Assembly (NCBI GenBank): GCA_038087875.1
Contig: CM075990.1
Coordinates: 558,001 to 622,000, forward strand
DNA length: 64,000 bases
Reading direction: 5' to 3'
From: Malacoraja senta
Lineage: Eukaryota
Below are positions 60,601-64,000 of the stretch, one piece after another; the first letter of the stretch is position 1; every line of letters begins with the position of its first letter. The notes beneath the pieces are model-generated. The model saw only the letters and a program-made list of their open reading frames with translations. It was not told where the DNA came from and did no database searches. A program made the translations under genes and the position numbers.

Positions 60601-62041
60601 GTAACTTTGACTTGAAAAAAGGCTAAAAACCTGGCAAATCTTGTGTACTGAAGATAGGCACAAAATGCTGATGTAACTCAGAGGCGGAGACAGCATCTCT
60701 GGAGAAAAGGAATAGGTGAAGTTTCAGTCTGAAGAAGGGTCTCGACTCGAAACGTCACCCACTCCTTCCATCCACAGATGCTGCCTGTTCCGCTGAGTTA
60801 CTCCAGCAATTTGTGTCTATCTTTAGAGTAAACCAGCTTCTGCAGTTCCTTCCTACACGACTCTTGTATACTGCCTCGGTGTACTATTCCCAAACAATTC
60901 TACTTATTCTAAGATTGTGGTTATGTATAGTAATACTTGGACTGAACTCTATGCAAAAAATAATTTAACTGTAGCTTGGTACATCTGACAATAATGTTCC
61001 ATTGAACTATTGGGATCAAAACAATAGTCTGTGTAATGCTCCTTTGAATTTGTCTGTTTAATGTCCTTTGAATTAGAATGTCTTGTACAACTGTAGCATA
61101 ACCTCCCAATGTCTATAATCAATACTCTGACTGATGAAGGCCAATGTGCCAGAAGTCTTCTTGACCACCCTGTCTATCTGTGACTCCACTTTCAAGGAAC
61201 TATGCACCCGCACTCCTAGATTCCTACTCTCTACAACACAACCAAGGGCCCTGCCATGTAGGTCCTGCCCAGATTAGACTTCCCAAATTGTAAACCTCAC
61301 ACATTCCTTTTCTCCAGAGATGCTGCCTGTTCCGTTGAGTTACTCCAGCGTTTTGTGTCCATCTTCGGTTAAAACAGTTTACAGATTATCTAGTGTTTTG
61401 TGCGTGGGAGCTTGAATGCATTCCGCTGGCAACCAGACGGTAATAAATAAAATGTGCTTCTTGTTGTCAAGGAGGGGGGAATGGGAGAAGATAAAATTGT
61501 TGGTTGTCATGCACACTTGTCATCGGCCCGCCAAGGAATGTGTGTCCCCCCATGTTTTAAAAGCGATTTACGATGCCCCGAGTCATCTTTTCCCAAGGCC
61601 GGGGTGGGGGTGAATCACCCGGTGTGGGTGTCAGGGTCCGGGGGTCGGAGGGGGGGTGAATCACCCTGGTGTGGGGGTTGGGGTCCGATGGCGGTGCATC
61701 GCGGTCAGTGACTCTGGGTGGGCGGAGGGACCAGCCTGTCCCACACCTCCGCTCCACCCGACCCACAGCCCGTCACAGTGCGGCCGCATGGGGGTGACGA
61801 GGTGGAGGGCGGCCGTGGGAGAGTGGGGGCTGTCCCGAGGGATGCGCACCTTCGGCCGCTTACAACTTGGTGCTTGGGTTCAGATTGCCCTGTCACCTGT
61901 GGCTTGTGTGGGAACATGACCCCCACCCTCCCGTCTCCACCGGCCAGTGATGTGATGAACGTGGGGTTCTGGACCAATCACTGACAAGTCCCGTCCCCCG
62001 GCAACGTCATGTCCGCTATTTGACTTTTCTGTTGAGCGGCA

Positions 62042-62219
62042 TTCGGTTCGTTGGCTTGTAGGCGACGCAGCCTTTCGGGTAGGTGGCGTTTCAGCAGAGC
62101 GGCCATTCGGTAAGTTTGCTTTTAGGCGACGCAGTCTTTCGGTTATTTGGCTTTTAGGCATCCCGCCCTTTTGGTTAGTTTGCTTTTAGGCTTTGTGTCC
62201 ATTCGGTTATTTGGCTTCC
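62042..62219. repeat. 32-bp periodic array (six units)
   Basis: ttcgg/tttgg starts at 62042, 62074, 62106, 62138, 62170 and 62202. Confidence 0.85.
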
Positions 62220-62279
62220 ACTTCTTTGCTTCGGCTTCTCTTCCTTCGAAGCCACGTCCGGGTACCATGCACTTGATCT

Positions 62280-63590
62280 CAGCTGCCTACACCTGTCCCA
62301 TGCCTCCATCTAATTCTTGACCAGAGCCTCAATTTTTCTCATCATCCAAGCTTCTTTACGTCCACCTGCCTTGCCCTTCACCCTGACAGGAACATGCAGG
62401 TCCTGGGCTCTTGTCAGCACACTTTTGAAAAGATCCCACTTTCCTGAAGGTAGACAACAATGCTGGAGAAACTCAGCGGGTTTCCTGATGTTCCTGATGT
62501 TCCTTTTCCTGATGTTCATGAGGTTTCCTGGTGCTCCTGATGCTCTTTTCCTTCAAACAACCTGTCCCAATTTAGAATTTTAACTCATGATCCTGCCCTG
62601 TCTCTATCCATTACTATCTCAAACCCCTAATAGAACTGTGGCCGCGAGTCCCAATAGGCTCATCCATGAACATTTCATCAACTTGTCCCTCATCATTTTC
62701 CAAAGAATATGTCACGTTTTGTCCTGTAGAGCCCCCTAAAATTGCCTGAGGAAACTTTTCTGAACTCATTTCACAATTTCTGTCCCATCTATCTTTTGCA
62801 CAATGACAGTCCCAGTCAATATTGAGAAAGTTAAAATCTCTTACTGACCTACTCCTGAAATTAGCGTAACTCAAACCTCCAGTCCTTCCTTGCTCCCTAT
62901 CATTCTCCTGCCTATTCTGTCCACTCAAATTTCTTTCAACACCATCCATAACAGCTTCCCGCCTCTCATCTACCTCGATACTTCATAGTTTCCCACCCCC
63001 CCTGGCAATCCAGTTTAAATCCACCCACATGGGCGGCATGGTGGCGCGGTGATAGAGCTGCTGTGTTACAGCACTTACAGCGCCAGAGACCCGGGTTCGA
63101 TCCTGACTATGGGTGCTGTCTGTTTGGAGTTTGTATGTTCTCCCCGTGACCAAATGGGTTTCTCTGAGATCTTCGGTTTCCTCCCACACACCAAAGACAT
63201 ACAGGTTTGTATGTTAATGGCTTGGTATAAGTGTAAATTGTCCCTAGTGAGCGTAGAGTAGTATTAATGTACACAGATCGTTGGTCAGTGTGAACTCGGT
63301 GGGCTGAAGACCCTGTTTCTGCACTGTATAACTAAACTAAACTAAACTGAAATGTAGCCCTAGCAAACCTGTCTGCCAGGATGTTGGTTCTCCTCCAGTT
63401 AAGGTGCAACCCGTCCTTCTTATACAAGTCGCCCCTGCCCCAAGAAAGATCCCAATGGTCCAGAAATCTGAGTCCCTGCCCCCAATGCCTCAGACACACA
63501 TTCATGTGCTCTATCCTCCTGTTCTTGCCCTCACTAGCACATGGCACTGGAAGTAGTCCGGGGTTCACTACCCAGGAGGTCCTGATTCTT
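62280..63590 (-). mobile_element. degraded CR1 (ORF1 SGNH-esterase and ORF2 endonuclease remnants) with a V-SINE at 63031-63347
   Basis: FLDHWDLSWGRGDLYKKDGLHLN and DFNFLNIDW. Confidence 0.75.
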
Positions 63591-63592
63591 AA

Positions 63593-64000
63593 AGGCCTGT
63601 CTCACGAGTCTGCGGTCATTGGCGGCGAAACGGGAAGAATCTGCCGCCATAGACCGCGCACTCGTGAGAACGCACAATTCCGGGGCTGTGCGGCGGTGTT
63701 CCCAACACCGCACGGTGCTAAAATAAAACCTACACTGTTGAAAAATATTTTCCTACCGCACAGCCTCCACCAGTGATGCACGAGTGCGGCACGGCCGCCC
63801 GCACGGCCGCCGCCAGTGTGGCTCGAGCGCCGTGCGTCAAACTTGTGCCTCCACAGCCTCCGCCAGTGAGGCACGTGTGCGGCACGGCTGCAGGCACAGT
63901 CACAGCTAAAGCGCCGCGATCAGGACGGCCGCCGCCACAGCCGCCACTAGTGAGTCACGTGCGGCGGGCCGACGTCATCGCAGTCGGCCCGCCCTTTTTT
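63593..64000. mobile_element. probable Harbinger-type element end (runs off the window)
   Basis: TAA|aggcctgtctcac resembles the MITE TIRs seen here; CpG-rich interior. Confidence 0.5.

Noticed and set aside
62042..62219. CRISPR-like repeat/spacer appearance
   Set aside because: Variable parts are only 10 nt and partly recur, the context is vertebrate, and there are no cas genes

Overview
This is repeat-dominated vertebrate DNA, most likely from a cartilaginous fish (skate or ray). The taxon call rests on abundant HE1-type V-SINEs that share their 3' tails with CR1 LINEs, plus Penelope-derived repeats. I could not recognise any host protein-coding gene, and most short ORFs in the track are TE shadows. 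Main contents: (1) two complete but coding-defective DIRS (tyrosine-recombinase) retrotransposons in opposite orientation (541-5140 +, 20589-24884 -); (2) a young, internally deleted endogenous retrovirus with near-identical LTRs (11433-17892) containing a Penelope insertion; (3) a 5'-truncated L1 containing a CR1, itself inside a Harbinger-type MITE (35.7-40.6 kb); (4) a degraded Penelope with nested insertions (27.5-31.7 kb); (5) Helentron-like elements, one enclosing a Gypsy integrase fragment; (6) a piggyBac-type MITE and many CR1, Rex1/Babar, RTE, Tx1 and SINE fragments. There are two 200-N gaps. The most notable observation is a 126-bp TSD-flanked retroelement whose 5' 54 nt fold as a minimal HDV/CPEB3-type ribozyme (20270-20395, minus strand). 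Also notable are 11-6-11 palindromes with covariation in the DIRS 5' regions and hammerhead-like motifs in the Penelope-derived repeats. All calls were made by eye; coordinates of degraded elements are approximate.
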